Below are positions 1 through 9,498 of a stretch of 64,000 nucleotides of DNA, piece after piece. Within the stretch, counting starts at the first letter, position 1. Each line of letters opens with the position of its first letter. A model generated the notes under the pieces. It was not told the DNA's origin and did not search any database. It saw nothing but the letters and a program-made list of their open reading frames with translations. The stretch spans positions 140,675 through 204,674 of the forward strand of contig CAZFRF010000001.1 of assembly GCA_964521295.1 (NCBI GenBank), in the 5' to 3' direction. Source of the DNA: an uncultured Gammaproteobacteria bacterium. Its GTDB lineage: Bacteria > Patescibacteriota > Microgenomatia > Levybacterales > UBA12049. A program made the translations under genes and the position numbers.

Positions 1-1887
1 CGTTGCCACCTTTAAATTAGTTGCTCCGTGCTGCATTGTTCCATACATTTGACCTGCTCCCCTAAGTTGTAAATCTAGTTCTGCAAGTTTTGCCCCTGAG
101 AAAATTTCTTCCATTGATTTTAGTCGTTTTAGGGTTAAGGGATTTTTACTACTTGTAAAAAGAATGCAGAAACTTTCTTTGACTCCCCTGCCCACTCTAC
201 CTCTTAGCTGATGGAGTTGTGCAAGCCCGAATCTTTCCGCTTCTTCAATTACCATAATTGTTGCATTAGGAATATCAATTCCTACCTCAACCACTGGTGT
301 TGATACTAATATATCCAATTTATGATCTTTGAAATTTTTGAGTATTTCATCTTTTTCTTTGGCTTTTAGTTTTCCATGCAAAAGACCAAGTCGTAATTTT
401 GGAAATACTTCTTTTTTTAATCTTTCAAATTCTTTTGCTGCCGCCTTTACGGTTATCATACTTTCTGATTCTTCTATAAAAGGACAAACAATAAAAACTT
501 GATCTTTATTTTTGACAACTTTTTCCTCAATCCATTTATATGCACCGTTTCTTTTGCTTGGTGGAACAAGCCAGGTTTTAATTTGCTGTCTTCCCTTTGG
601 CATTTCATCTAAGATTGATAAGTCTAAATCTCCATAAAGGGTAAGGGCAACAGTTCTAGGAATTGGGGTAGCAGTCATGGTGAGTAAATGTGGGTTGTCG
701 CCTTTTTCTCTAAGTAGAGATCTTTGTTCAACTCCAAATCTTTGCTGTTCATCGATAACAATAAAGCCTAAATTATTAAATTTAACTTTGTTATAAACAA
801 GTTTATGAGTACCAACTAAAATATCAAAATCTGGATTAATTTTTTTAGTAGATCCAGTTGCTAGTTCTATTTTTATTTTTAAACTATCTAATATTTTTTG
901 TAATGTTTGATAATGTTGATTAGCCAAAATTTCTGTAGGTGCCATAAAAGCAACTTGATAGTCATTTAATACTGCTGCATATGCTGCTACTGCAGCGACA
1001 ATAGTTTTACCGCTTCCAACATCTCCTTCTAAAAGCCGGTTCATTGCTTTGTTGCTTTGTAAATCCATTAAGATTTCAGTTATAGCATTATTTTGTGCGC
1101 TGGTTAAATCAAAGGGTAAAGATTTAATTAATTTATCTATTTTTGATTTATACGTCTCTATTGCCCAAGGTTTTTTGATTAATTTTTTGCTCCAAGTATT
1201 TTTTCTAACGACTGAAGAAAGTTGCATTTCCAAGAGTTCATTAAAAGCAAGTCTTTCTTTTGCTTTTTGAGCATTTTCTAAAGAATTTGGAAAATGAATT
1301 TCAGAAATTGCTGATTTTAAATTTAATAAATTATTTTTACTCAATATGTTTTCTGGTAAATATTCTTCAATGTTTTCAAGTTCTGAAATTAATTTATAAA
1401 CTTGACGTCGTAGCCATTTTGAAGATACTCCCCGGGTTTCAGGATAGATAGGTACAAGCCTACCGGTATGAATAGTTTTATTGTTAAAAATTACTTCATA
1501 GTCAGGAGATTTAATAATTGTTTTGTAGCCATCGTTTTCAACCTTTCCTGATACTGAAAGAATGTCGCCTTTGTTTATTGCCTTAGGGATAAAAGGTTGA
1601 TTGAACCATAATAAATCTAAGATACCGGTGTCATCTTTAATTTTGGCTTTTTGCAGAGTTTTCCATTTTTTAATATATTTATTTTCAATTTCAGCTATTT
1701 CTCCTTGAACCGTAGCTATTTCTCCTGGTTTAAGATCAGCAATCTTATAAATATGGGAAAAATCTTCATATCTAAATGGAATGTGAAACAAAAGATCTTC
1801 AAGTTTAAATATACCAAGTTTCTCTAGTCTAGAAGCGTACATTTTGTACGATCGAGACACGTCTCTAATCGATGTGTTTAAATCCAT
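1..1887 (-). CDS. recG: ATP-dependent DNA helicase RecG, 3'-partial (the C-terminal part lies beyond window start)
   Basis: Reading the minus strand from ATG at 1887 gives MDLNTSIRDVSRSYKMYASRLEKLGIFKLEDL..., a wedge-domain-like N-terminus. The downstream Walker A GDVGSGKT is followed by IVAAVAAYAAV, and the frame stays open to position 1. Confidence 0.8.
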   Translation of the reverse strand, partial: MDLNTSIRDVSRSYKMYASRLEKLGIFKLEDLLFHIPFRYEDFSHIYKIADLKPGEIATVQGEIAEIENKYIKKWKTLQKAKIKDDTGILDLLWFNQPFIPKAINKGDILSVSGKVENDGYKTIIKSPDYEVIFNNKTIHTGRLVPIYPETRGVSSKWLRRQVYKLISELENIEEYLPENILSKNNLLNLKSAISEIHFPNSLENAQKAKERLAFNELLEMQLSSVVRKNTWSKKLIKKPWAIETYKSKIDKLIKSLPFDLTSAQNNAITEILMDLQSNKAMNRLLEGDVGSGKTIVAAVAAYAAVLNDYQVAFMAPTEILANQHYQTLQKILDSLKIKIELATGSTKKINPDFDILVGTHKLVYNKVKFNNLGFIVIDEQQRFGVEQRSLLREKGDNPHLLTMTATPIPRTVALTLYGDLDLSILDEMPKGRQQIKTWLVPPSKRNGAYKWIEEKVVKNKDQVFIVCPFIEESESMITVKAAAKEFERLKKEVFPKLRLGLLHGKLKAKEKDEILKNFKDHKLDILVSTPVVEVGIDIPNATIMVIEEAERFGLAQLHQLRGRVGRGVKESFCILFTSSKNPLTLKRLKSMEEIFSGAKLAELDLQLRGAGQMYGTMQHGATNLKVAT

Positions 1888-1891
1888 ATTG

Positions 1892-1999
1892 TTATTGTGG
1901 TGGCGGAATGAAGGCTAACACAGAACTAGCTATTAATGCAAGTGAAGCAATTATAACGATTATTTTCCAGATCCATTGATGTTTTCTAAACAAATCCAT
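1892..1999 (-). CDS. tiny hydrophobic ORF (35 aa, MDLFRKHQWIWKIIVIIASLALIASSVLAFIPPPQ) between tyrS and recG
   Basis: ATG/TAA ORF not in the supplied track; predicted single TM helix. It may be spurious. Confidence 0.15.
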   Translation of the reverse strand: MDLFRKHQWIWKIIVIIASLALIASSVLAFIPPPQ

Positions 2000-2002
2000 A
2001 AT

Positions 2003-3178
2003 TTATTCTAACACAATTTTTGCAAATTTCCTTTTACCAACTTTTAGAAGTCCTGGCTTTGCAATATCATTTGTATTGGTAATTTTTATATCATTAAGAC
2101 TTACTCCACCCTGTTCTACCAGTCTTTTGGCATCAGACCTGCTTTGCGCAAACTCACCAATTAAAAGAATATCTAAGATTGTATGATTAGCTTTTACTGA
2201 TAATTCCAGAAGCTCTTCTTCAACTGGTAATTCTTTATTTTGAATTGTTTTTTCAAAATCTTCTTTTGCTTTCAAAGCCTCTTTTTCGCCATTTAACTCT
2301 TTAACGATTTGAAACGCTAATTCTTTTTTTATATTAATTGGATTTTCTTTTTTTAAACGTTTTTTAATTTCTTCAATTTTATCTAACTCTAGATTTGTAG
2401 CTAGGGTAAAATATTGAATGATTAGATTATCTGTTATTGCCATAACTTTTCTATACATATCAATTGAGGTGTCATCAAGCCAAATCGCATTCCCCCAAGA
2501 TTTGCTCATTTTTCTTCCATCTGTTCCTTCTAGAATGGTTGTAGTTAATACGAATGAGTCTTTATTTTTTAAATCTTTAGTGAGCATTCTGCCGGCTTGC
2601 ATATTAAACGTTTGGTCTGTTCCACCAATTTGCAAATCAGTATCCAAAAAGAAGCTGTCATAGCCTTGCATAACAGGATAAAAGAATTCATGTAAACCTA
2701 CTCGTTTATTGTCTTTAAGTCTTTTTCGAATCAACTCTCTGCCAACAAAGTCGCCAACGTTAAAATGTTGCGCAAGTTTAATGATGTCTGCAAAAGTTAA
2801 TTTTTTAAGCCACTCACTGTTGTATCTTACTTTTACTTTTGAGAAATCAACAACTTTTTCTGCTTGTTTTTTGTAGGTTTTAAAATTTTCTTCAATTTCT
2901 TCAATTGACAAAGCTGGTCTTTCCGTATCTTTGTCTGATGTATCGCCAATTAGGGCCGTAAAGTCACCAATTAAAAAAGTAACGTTATGACCCAAAGTGG
3001 CAAATTCATTTAATTTTCTTAAAACTACGCTGTGACCCAAGTGAATCTTAGTTGAAGTTGGATCAATGCCTAAATATACATTAAGTTTTTTATTGTTTTG
3101 AAGTTTACCTAATAATATTTTTTGATTAGGAATTATATTAGCAACGCGTCTGGTCAATAACTCATCAAACTTGCTCAT
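2003..3178 (-). CDS. tyrS: tyrosyl-tRNA synthetase
   Basis: Class I HIGH motif (TKIHLGHSVV), KMSKS motif (RKMSKSWGN) and a C-terminal S4-like domain. Confidence 0.85.
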   Translation of the reverse strand: MSKFDELLTRRVANIIPNQKILLGKLQNNKKLNVYLGIDPTSTKIHLGHSVVLRKLNEFATLGHNVTFLIGDFTALIGDTSDKDTERPALSIEEIEENFKTYKKQAEKVVDFSKVKVRYNSEWLKKLTFADIIKLAQHFNVGDFVGRELIRKRLKDNKRVGLHEFFYPVMQGYDSFFLDTDLQIGGTDQTFNMQAGRMLTKDLKNKDSFVLTTTILEGTDGRKMSKSWGNAIWLDDTSIDMYRKVMAITDNLIIQYFTLATNLELDKIEEIKKRLKKENPINIKKELAFQIVKELNGEKEALKAKEDFEKTIQNKELPVEEELLELSVKANHTILDILLIGEFAQSRSDAKRLVEQGGVSLNDIKITNTNDIAKPGLLKVGKRKFAKIVLE

Positions 3179-3235
3179 AGCCTCAGTATAGCATATTTTT
3201 AACTTGAGCTTAAATTTGCTATACTAGATGATATT

Positions 3236-5668
3236 ATGCTTGATTACGCAAGAAGATCAAGAAGACGAAGTAGTTATTTTACCCTGTCACTTCCAAATAT
3301 TCCTGGATTAAATAAGGGATTTAAAAGTTTAAATAATACACCTAAAATTGAAATTTACAGTAGGCTTTTAAAGTTTGCATTTATCGGTTTAATTGGGTTA
3401 ATTGTTTTTATGGTCTTTCTCTTTATTTGGTATGGAAGAGATTTGCCTGCTCCTGGAAAATTAGTCGAAGCGCAAGCAAATGGATCAAGTGGTATTTATG
3501 ATCGAAATGGTGAGCTTCTCTACTCTGTTTACCAAGATCAGAATAGAATTTACGTAAAACTAGATAAAATTCCTAAATATCTCCAGCAAGGTACGATTGC
3601 CATTGAAGACAAGAATTTCTACGCCAACAAAGGCTTTTCTTTTACAGGTTATATTAGAGGACTTATTATTGATCCAATTTTGCGAAGAAGAGTAACAGGG
3701 GGCTCTACAATAACCCAGCAGTTAGTTAAAAATGTCTTACTTACCAGTGAAAGAACATTGCCTCGTAAGGTAAAAGAGCTTATGCTCTCTATTCAGGTTG
3801 ATAGAAAATATTCAAAAAATGAAATCTTAGAAATGTACTTAAATGATGTTCCTTATGGTGGGACAGCTATTGGTGTTCAAGCTGCAGCGCAAGTATACTT
3901 TAGTAAAGATGTTAAAGACTTAACTTTAGGTGAATCAGCTTTTCTAGCTGGTCTTCCTCAGGGGCCAAGTCTTTACTCGCCTTTTTCTGGGAATAAATAC
4001 TACTTAGCTAGAACTCAGGCTGTTTTAAATCAAATGGTAAATCAGGGTTACGTAAACAGAGCTCAAGCAGACAAAGCATATAAAGAGATTGAAGCTAAAA
4101 AATTTGCCCAAACCCCTGTAGGTATTAAGGCTCCTCATTTTGTTATGTACGTCAAGCAACTTTTAATTAATCAGTTTGGTGAATCGGCAGTTGAGAGTGG
4201 AGGCTTAAGAGTTAAGACTACTTTGGATTATAAGATAGAAAAAGAGGCCGAGAAAATTGTTAATGAAGAAATAGGCAAACTAAAAAATTATAAAGTTGGA
4301 AATGGTGCCGCCATGGTTACGAGTCCCAAGACGGGTGAAATATTAGCAATGGTTGGAAGTGAAGATTATTTTAATATTAAAAACGATGGTAATTTCAATG
4401 CAGCGACAGCATATAGACAACCTGGATCCTCCCTTAAGCCTTTAACTTATGCAGTTGCCTTCTCTAAGGGCTATACACCTTCGACTCTTTTATTAGATAC
4501 TGAAACAAATTTTAAAGCAACTGATACTGAGAAAGATTATATTCCTGGAAATTACGATGGAAAGTTTAGAGGACCAGTTCAGGTAAGATTTGCGCTTGCT
4601 AATTCTTTGAATATACCAGCAGTAAAAATGTTGGCAATGGTAGGTGTAAAAAATGTAATGCAAAAAGGCTATGAAATGGGAATTGAAAATTGGCAGCCAA
4701 CTGATGATAACTTAAGGAATGTTGGTTATTCTCTTGTTTTAGGGGGAAGAGACGTTCGCTTAGTTGATCAAATGGAGGCATATGGAGTTTTTGCCAATGG
4801 TGGAGAAAAGCAACCGTTAGTATCAATTCTTGAAGTTCGTGACGCCAAAGGTAATGTAATATACAAATATAATCCTCCCTCTTCTCAGAGAATTTTTTCT
4901 CAAGAAATTAGTTTTCTAATTTCTCACATTTTACTTGACAATACAGCCAGAAGCGCAACTTTCGGGCAATATTCATATTTAAATGTTCCCAATCATCCAA
5001 GTGTTTCAGTAAAAACAGGTACTACAGATCAAAAAAGAGATAATTGGACAGTTGGATATACAAAATCATTTGTTGTTGGAACATGGGTTGGAAATAACAA
5101 CAATACACCGATGGGAAACATCTCCTCAGGTGTAACTGGAGCTGCTCCGATTTGGAATAGGATTATGAGTTTTGTTTTAAAAGGAAAATCCGATGAGCCT
5201 CCACAAAAACCAGATAACGTAGTAGCTTTAACTATTGATGCGTACGGCGGTGGATTACCAGTAGACGGAAGGCCAACTAGGAGTGAGTATTTTATAAAAG
5301 GGACTGAGCCAACTACTCCAGCAGCGATTTATCAAAAAGTAAAATTATCTAAGCATCAAGGAGGAAAATTAGCAAATTCTGCAGAGATCTCGGCAGGTGA
5401 TTATGATACTAAAGATTTTATAGTGTTTGCTGAAAAAGACCCAATTTCAGTTGATGGAAAAAATAGATGGCAAGATGGAATCACTGCTTGGTTAAAGAAA
5501 ACATTTGCAGCAGATCATCCTGAGTATTATCCCCCAACAGAAACTTCTGATTATAAACCAGGAGAAAATAATTCAAATAATAACAACAATAATCCTACTT
5601 CGACCCCTTCACCTACTCCAACGGGGATTATTCCAACAGTTTCTTTAACCTTAACTCCTACTCCTTAA
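3236..5668 (+). CDS. class A penicillin-binding protein (bifunctional transglycosylase/transpeptidase, PBP1A-type)
   Basis: N-terminal TM helix; GT51 motifs EDKNFY, GGSTITQQL, RKVKEL; transpeptidase SxxK (GSSLKP) and KTGT motifs. The C-terminus is an Asn-run plus a Pro/Thr/Ser low-complexity tail. Confidence 0.85.
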   Translation: MLDYARRSRRRSSYFTLSLPNIPGLNKGFKSLNNTPKIEIYSRLLKFAFIGLIGLIVFMVFLFIWYGRDLPAPGKLVEAQANGSSGIYDRNGELLYSVYQDQNRIYVKLDKIPKYLQQGTIAIEDKNFYANKGFSFTGYIRGLIIDPILRRRVTGGSTITQQLVKNVLLTSERTLPRKVKELMLSIQVDRKYSKNEILEMYLNDVPYGGTAIGVQAAAQVYFSKDVKDLTLGESAFLAGLPQGPSLYSPFSGNKYYLARTQAVLNQMVNQGYVNRAQADKAYKEIEAKKFAQTPVGIKAPHFVMYVKQLLINQFGESAVESGGLRVKTTLDYKIEKEAEKIVNEEIGKLKNYKVGNGAAMVTSPKTGEILAMVGSEDYFNIKNDGNFNAATAYRQPGSSLKPLTYAVAFSKGYTPSTLLLDTETNFKATDTEKDYIPGNYDGKFRGPVQVRFALANSLNIPAVKMLAMVGVKNVMQKGYEMGIENWQPTDDNLRNVGYSLVLGGRDVRLVDQMEAYGVFANGGEKQPLVSILEVRDAKGNVIYKYNPPSSQRIFSQEISFLISHILLDNTARSATFGQYSYLNVPNHPSVSVKTGTTDQKRDNWTVGYTKSFVVGTWVGNNNNTPMGNISSGVTGAAPIWNRIMSFVLKGKSDEPPQKPDNVVALTIDAYGGGLPVDGRPTRSEYFIKGTEPTTPAAIYQKVKLSKHQGGKLANSAEISAGDYDTKDFIVFAEKDPISVDGKNRWQDGITAWLKKTFAADHPEYYPPTETSDYKPGENNSNNNNNNPTSTPSPTPTGIIPTVSLTLTPTP

Positions 5669-7598
5669 TTTGAGCTTCAAATTTCTCTTTAAGCATTTCT
5701 AGAATTTTAACTCTTATTGCTCCAACCTCTTCTTTGGTTAAGTTTTTTTCAAAATCTTGGAAAATAATATGGAAAGTCCTACTGTTTTCGAAAGAATCAA
5801 GAAGAGTTACATCAACTATCAATTTGTTAATATTTTTTATCTCATTAATTATCTCCTGAGTCTCACCAGAAGTTATAACAGAGATGTCTTGGGTCATTGG
5901 TGGAAACTTTGCAAAAGGAATAAAATTCTTTTTTAGATTTGCATGTTGTAAAATAATTTCTAAATTTAATTCAAAATCTACTAGATTTTCATCTAAGACT
6001 TCTATTTCTCCTAGATATTCTTTATCTAAATAAATAGATGCTCCCGTTCCTCCCTTTTGTGATTTTTTAAAGACTAAATTTTTAATTCCCAAATCTTCGC
6101 ATACGCTTTCAATAAGACCTTTAACACTAAAAAAATTTAAATTTCGTTCTTTAATTATTCCAGAAAGAGTTAAAATTTCCTTAGGTAAATCATTTTTTTG
6201 TTTAATATAAATATTCGCAACTTCAAAAATTTTAAGTTTTTCTTTAGAACTATTTTCCTTTTCAACCAAAAGTAAACTTGGGATTAAAGTATTGCGTAGA
6301 TATTCCATATCCGTAGTAAGAGGATTTTTTATTCTTACTGCATCCTCAATTGGGCCTTCGAATAAGTCTTCAGAAATAAAAGAATATGTATATACTTCTG
6401 TAAAGCCTAAATATTTAAAGGCTGTTTTTATTTTTTGTTCAAAGTAAAAATTATTTGCAAATAGTAATTTTTTCGAACTTAGAAATGTTGGAATAATGCT
6501 GTCAATTTTGTGATATCCATAAATTCTAGCAATTTCTTCAATAATATCTTCTTCAATTTTTACATCTGGTCTCTCTGTAGGCGTTTCTATTTCAAGAGAG
6601 TCTTTTAATTTTTTAACATTAAAACCTAAGTCAGTTAAAATGCTTGCGCATTTTTCTAATGAAAGTTCTGCGCCAATTAAAGAGTTAATTTTTTTAAGAG
6701 AAACTGTAATTTTATTTTTGATGGGTTTATTTGGGTAATAATCAAAAATTTCAGAAATAACTTTGCCTTTAGCAATTTGTTGGTATAAATCAATTCCTCT
6801 TTCTAACGCCTTAGTCATTAATTCTGGATCTAATCCCTTTTCATTAATAATCGCTGCTTCAGTTCTAATCCCTAAATTCATTGAGGTTTTTCGAATGTTT
6901 AATGGATTGTTGTTGTCCATAAAAAACAATATTCTTTTTGTATTATTATTTACAACACTATTTTGTGTTCCCATTATTCCCAGTAAATCTATTATTGTTC
7001 CATTGCCATCTTCTGCAACTATGTCTCCCCCATTTAAGGAGTATGTTTTTCCATCAAGAGTCGTTATTTTTTCTTCTTTTTTACTTTCTCTAATAATCAT
7101 TTCTTTTGGCAAGAGATCAAAATCGAATACATGAGTTGGATGACCTGTTTCTCGCATAACATAATTTGTAACATCGATTAAATTGTTTAAACTTCTTATG
7201 CCTGATAATTCTAATCGTTTACTAATTTCTGCAGGGCTATCTCCAGTTTCTACTTCCATAACCACTGCACAAATTCTATTAACAAGTTTTGGATCTGCTT
7301 TTATTTTTATTGGGAATTTTTCAGAGGATTTTGTAAAAGATGCATTTCTAGGGTTTTTAAAAATCGCTTTTTTACCATTTTCATTTAAAGAAAGGGCTGC
7401 TTCCTTAGCAATATTTTTAACTGACATTAAATCTGATCTATTGGTGGTTACTTCAATGTTGTAAACAATGTCATCATTTATTTTTTCAGTTCTTTCGACA
7501 GATACACTAACTAAAGAAAGATCTTTAGCAATTGTATTTGCATTTTCTTTTGTTTCTAAAAATTCTCTAAGCCACGAATCAACTATTTTTATATTCAT
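5658..7598 (-). CDS. pheT: phenylalanyl-tRNA synthetase beta subunit (short form, 646 aa)
   Basis: Lies immediately downstream of pheS on the same strand. It has B3/4 and B5-like regions and a C-terminal FDX-ACB-like end (LTKEEVGAIRVKILE). Confidence 0.75.
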   Translation of the reverse strand: MNIKIVDSWLREFLETKENANTIAKDLSLVSVSVERTEKINDDIVYNIEVTTNRSDLMSVKNIAKEAALSLNENGKKAIFKNPRNASFTKSSEKFPIKIKADPKLVNRICAVVMEVETGDSPAEISKRLELSGIRSLNNLIDVTNYVMRETGHPTHVFDFDLLPKEMIIRESKKEEKITTLDGKTYSLNGGDIVAEDGNGTIIDLLGIMGTQNSVVNNNTKRILFFMDNNNPLNIRKTSMNLGIRTEAAIINEKGLDPELMTKALERGIDLYQQIAKGKVISEIFDYYPNKPIKNKITVSLKKINSLIGAELSLEKCASILTDLGFNVKKLKDSLEIETPTERPDVKIEEDIIEEIARIYGYHKIDSIIPTFLSSKKLLFANNFYFEQKIKTAFKYLGFTEVYTYSFISEDLFEGPIEDAVRIKNPLTTDMEYLRNTLIPSLLLVEKENSSKEKLKIFEVANIYIKQKNDLPKEILTLSGIIKERNLNFFSVKGLIESVCEDLGIKNLVFKKSQKGGTGASIYLDKEYLGEIEVLDENLVDFELNLEIILQHANLKKNFIPFAKFPPMTQDISVITSGETQEIINEIKNINKLIVDVTLLDSFENSRTFHIIFQDFEKNLTKEEVGAIRVKILEMLKEKFEAQIKE

Positions 7599-7599
7599 A

Positions 7600-8646
7600 T
7601 TAAAATTGTTCTAAGAAATCCATTTTATTTGCATAGAGTGAGCGTAAGTCGTCGATTTCAATTCCTTCCTTCATCATTAATACCCTCTCTACTCCCCAAC
7701 CGAAAGCAAAGCCATTATACGTTTTTGGATCAACTCCGCAATTTTTTAATACATTAGGGTGAACCATTCCCGCTCCTCCCATTTCAAGCCAACCTTCTTT
7801 GCAAAGCTTGCAGCCTTTGCCTTTACAAACACCACAGCTAACATCAATTTCAAATGATGGTTCTGTAAATTCAAAATGATAAGGTCTAATTCTGGAAACA
7901 CGATCTTCTCCGAAGTAACTTTTAACAAAATAATCTAAAACACCTTTTAAGTTAGCAATGGACAAGTCTTTATCTATAGCCAGTCCTTCAAATTGATGAA
8001 ACATTGGGGTATGCGAAACATCAGATTGTCTTCTGTAGCATTTTGCTATGTTTAACATTTTTATGGGCGGCTTGGTTGTTGTCAGTTCTCTTATTTGACC
8101 GCTAGATGTATGGGGTGTTAAAAGCATAGGTCCGAATTTTGAGCTCTCTTTTTCATCAATAAAGAATGTTTCCCAATCGTCTCTAGCTGGATGATTTTTA
8201 GAAAAGTTTAATGCCTCAAAAGCATACCAATCATATTCTACTTCAGGATACCTAACTCTGATAAAACCAATTTTTTCAAAGATTGATTCTATCTCTGTAA
8301 TCGCTTGAGTAACTAAATGCAAGTGTCCAATATTTGGTTTAACTCCTGGATTTGTTACGTCAATTTTTTCAATTAAACTTGTCTTTCTTTGATGGTTTAA
8401 ACTTTGTTTCTTGTCTTCAATAGCGTCTTCAATAGTTTGTTTTACATCGTTTGCAAGCACACCAATAGCAGGTCTTTTTTCAACCGGTACGTTTTTAATT
8501 TCTTTTAAGGCAAGAGTTAGCTTGCCACTTTTACCTAAAAATTGAAGTTTTGTTTCTTCTAAATTATCTAAATCTTCAGCCTCTAAAATAAAAGCAAGAG
8601 CTGTATTTTTAATTCCAATAAGTTCTTCTTCCATATTTACAATCAT
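7600..8646 (-). CDS. pheS: phenylalanyl-tRNA synthetase alpha subunit
   Basis: Class II core motifs (FRxE-like FHQFEGL, GWLEMGGAGMVHPNVL, GFAFGWGVERV). Confidence 0.9.
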   Translation of the reverse strand: MIVNMEEELIGIKNTALAFILEAEDLDNLEETKLQFLGKSGKLTLALKEIKNVPVEKRPAIGVLANDVKQTIEDAIEDKKQSLNHQRKTSLIEKIDVTNPGVKPNIGHLHLVTQAITEIESIFEKIGFIRVRYPEVEYDWYAFEALNFSKNHPARDDWETFFIDEKESSKFGPMLLTPHTSSGQIRELTTTKPPIKMLNIAKCYRRQSDVSHTPMFHQFEGLAIDKDLSIANLKGVLDYFVKSYFGEDRVSRIRPYHFEFTEPSFEIDVSCGVCKGKGCKLCKEGWLEMGGAGMVHPNVLKNCGVDPKTYNGFAFGWGVERVLMMKEGIEIDDLRSLYANKMDFLEQF

Positions 8647-8676
8647 AGCAAAAACTAAAGCAAAATGCTGTTTAGT

Positions 8677-8895
8677 TTATCCTTTTGATTCTTGTCTTTG
8701 TTGTGCTTGGTGCATTACTTGTAGTGCATCAATTGCGCCTGGTGTGTTTGCTGCAAGATGAGCAAGTCTCATTACTGCTTGAGCTGCAGCTTCTGGATTA
8801 GCTCCAGCCTTAGCCATTGCTGCTTCATTATGCGCAACTCCAACAACGTGGGTTACATCAACTATTGGTTTTCTTTCAATTCCTTTTCTTGTCAT
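8677..8895 (-). CDS. small G+C-rich hypothetical protein (72 aa; MTRKGIERKPIVDVTHVVGVAHNEAAMAKAG...)
   Basis: The internal ATG at 8893-8895 is preceded by AAGGAGGTG with 7-nt spacing. The supplied ORF (to 8943) uses a TTG start and reads through the upstream terminator hairpin. G+C is higher than in its neighbours. Confidence 0.4.
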   Translation of the reverse strand: MTRKGIERKPIVDVTHVVGVAHNEAAMAKAGANPEAAAQAVMRLAHLAANTPGAIDALQVMHQAQQRQESKG

Positions 8896-8913
8896 ATTAA
8901 TCACCTCCTTTAC

Positions 8914-8985
8914 AATAAAAAAACCTCCCGGTTGGGAGGTCAAATGCTTTTTGGCACTTATTTACCTCCCGTTAGGGATAGTAAA
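8914..8985 (-). promoter_or_regulatory. leader/terminator element A: small hairpin (tccc-GTTA-ggga on +) followed by the greA terminator hairpin (acctccc-ggtt-gggaggt + U-tract on the minus strand) and then the SD of the downstream gene
   Basis: 7-bp perfect GC-rich stem at 8923-8940; A-run at 8914-8922 on + (U-tract on minus). The 3' arm of the small hairpin (GGGAGG) is complementary to the terminator 5' arm (CCTCCC). Confidence 0.6.
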
Positions 8986-9021
8986 GTAAAAACCAAAAAA
9001 GTTTCTTAAATTCATATAGAC

Positions 9022-9050
9022 AATATAACAGATAGCCTGTTCTTATTCAA
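9022..9050 (-). promoter_or_regulatory. candidate sigma70-type promoter (TTGAAT-17-TATATT on the minus strand) driving the leader of the 8677..8895 gene
   Basis: Hexamers read on the minus strand; the -35 box overlaps the greA stop. Confidence 0.35.
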
Positions 9051-9495
9051 TAGAAACTATTAAATATTCAACAATTCCTGTTGGTGTTTTAATTTGTGCT
9101 TTTTCTCCAATTTTTTTTCCAAGTAATGCATAGCCAAACGGAGATTTGTTAGAAATTTTCCCAAGTGACGGATTTGCTTCAAACTCGCCTACTATTAAAT
9201 ATTCTTTTTCAAGCTTTTCATTTTTAATTTTAACTTTATGTCCAATTTGAATAATTTCTTTTCCCTCAGGGGTAAAGACCTTAGCAGATTTTAATAAATA
9301 TTTTAGATTGCGCATTTCTCTATCGATATCAGAAAGCTCAAATTTAGCGGCTTTATACAAACCGTTTTCAGATAAATCTCCCATTTCTCTGGCTCTTTTT
9401 AATGTGGCGACAGCTTCAGGTCTTTTGACAACTAAAGCTTGAAGTTTATCTTCAATTTCTTTGATTCCTTGTTTTGTAAAGGGAATTATTCTCAT
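9043..9495 (-). CDS. greA: transcription elongation factor GreA
   Basis: 150 aa; N-terminal coiled coil and C-terminal FKBP-like domain (GKISNKSPFGYALLGKKIGE). Confidence 0.9.
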   Translation of the reverse strand: MRIIPFTKQGIKEIEDKLQALVVKRPEAVATLKRAREMGDLSENGLYKAAKFELSDIDREMRNLKYLLKSAKVFTPEGKEIIQIGHKVKIKNEKLEKEYLIVGEFEANPSLGKISNKSPFGYALLGKKIGEKAQIKTPTGIVEYLIVSIE

Positions 9496-9498
9496 TTA

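Noticed and set aside
2418-2663. Short antisense ORFs lying inside long, well-supported genes (2418..2663, 4599..4826, 6763..7134, 7183..7464, 7746..7928, 9663..9860, 10310..10492, 12648..12857, 16904..17107, 17293..17566, 25320..25511, 28753..29013, 29667..29901, 31946..32238, 37778..38518, 43347..43814, 46221..46412, 50390..50593, 52696..52914, 54779..55054, 55789..55980, 56330..56962, 57898..58680, 60265..60450, 61793..62104)
   Set aside because: Each is fully embedded in the opposite strand of a gene with clear family motifs. They have low-complexity or AT-codon-driven composition and no start context, so they are treated as spurious.
8677-8943. Track N-terminal extensions: 8677..8943, 14583..15512, 17263..18147, 47412..47990, 57075..58937, 12873..13280
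   Set aside because: The extensions start at non-ATG codons or run through terminator hairpins, tRNA genes (18106-18189, 47411-47485) or promoters. Internal ATGs with a better SD or promoter context were chosen instead.
8758-9009. ORF 8758..9009 (+) spanning the greA-downstream leader region
   Set aside because: It lies antisense to the small G+C-rich gene and the terminator/leader element, has no SD, and is Cys/Ser-rich low-complexity, so it is judged spurious.
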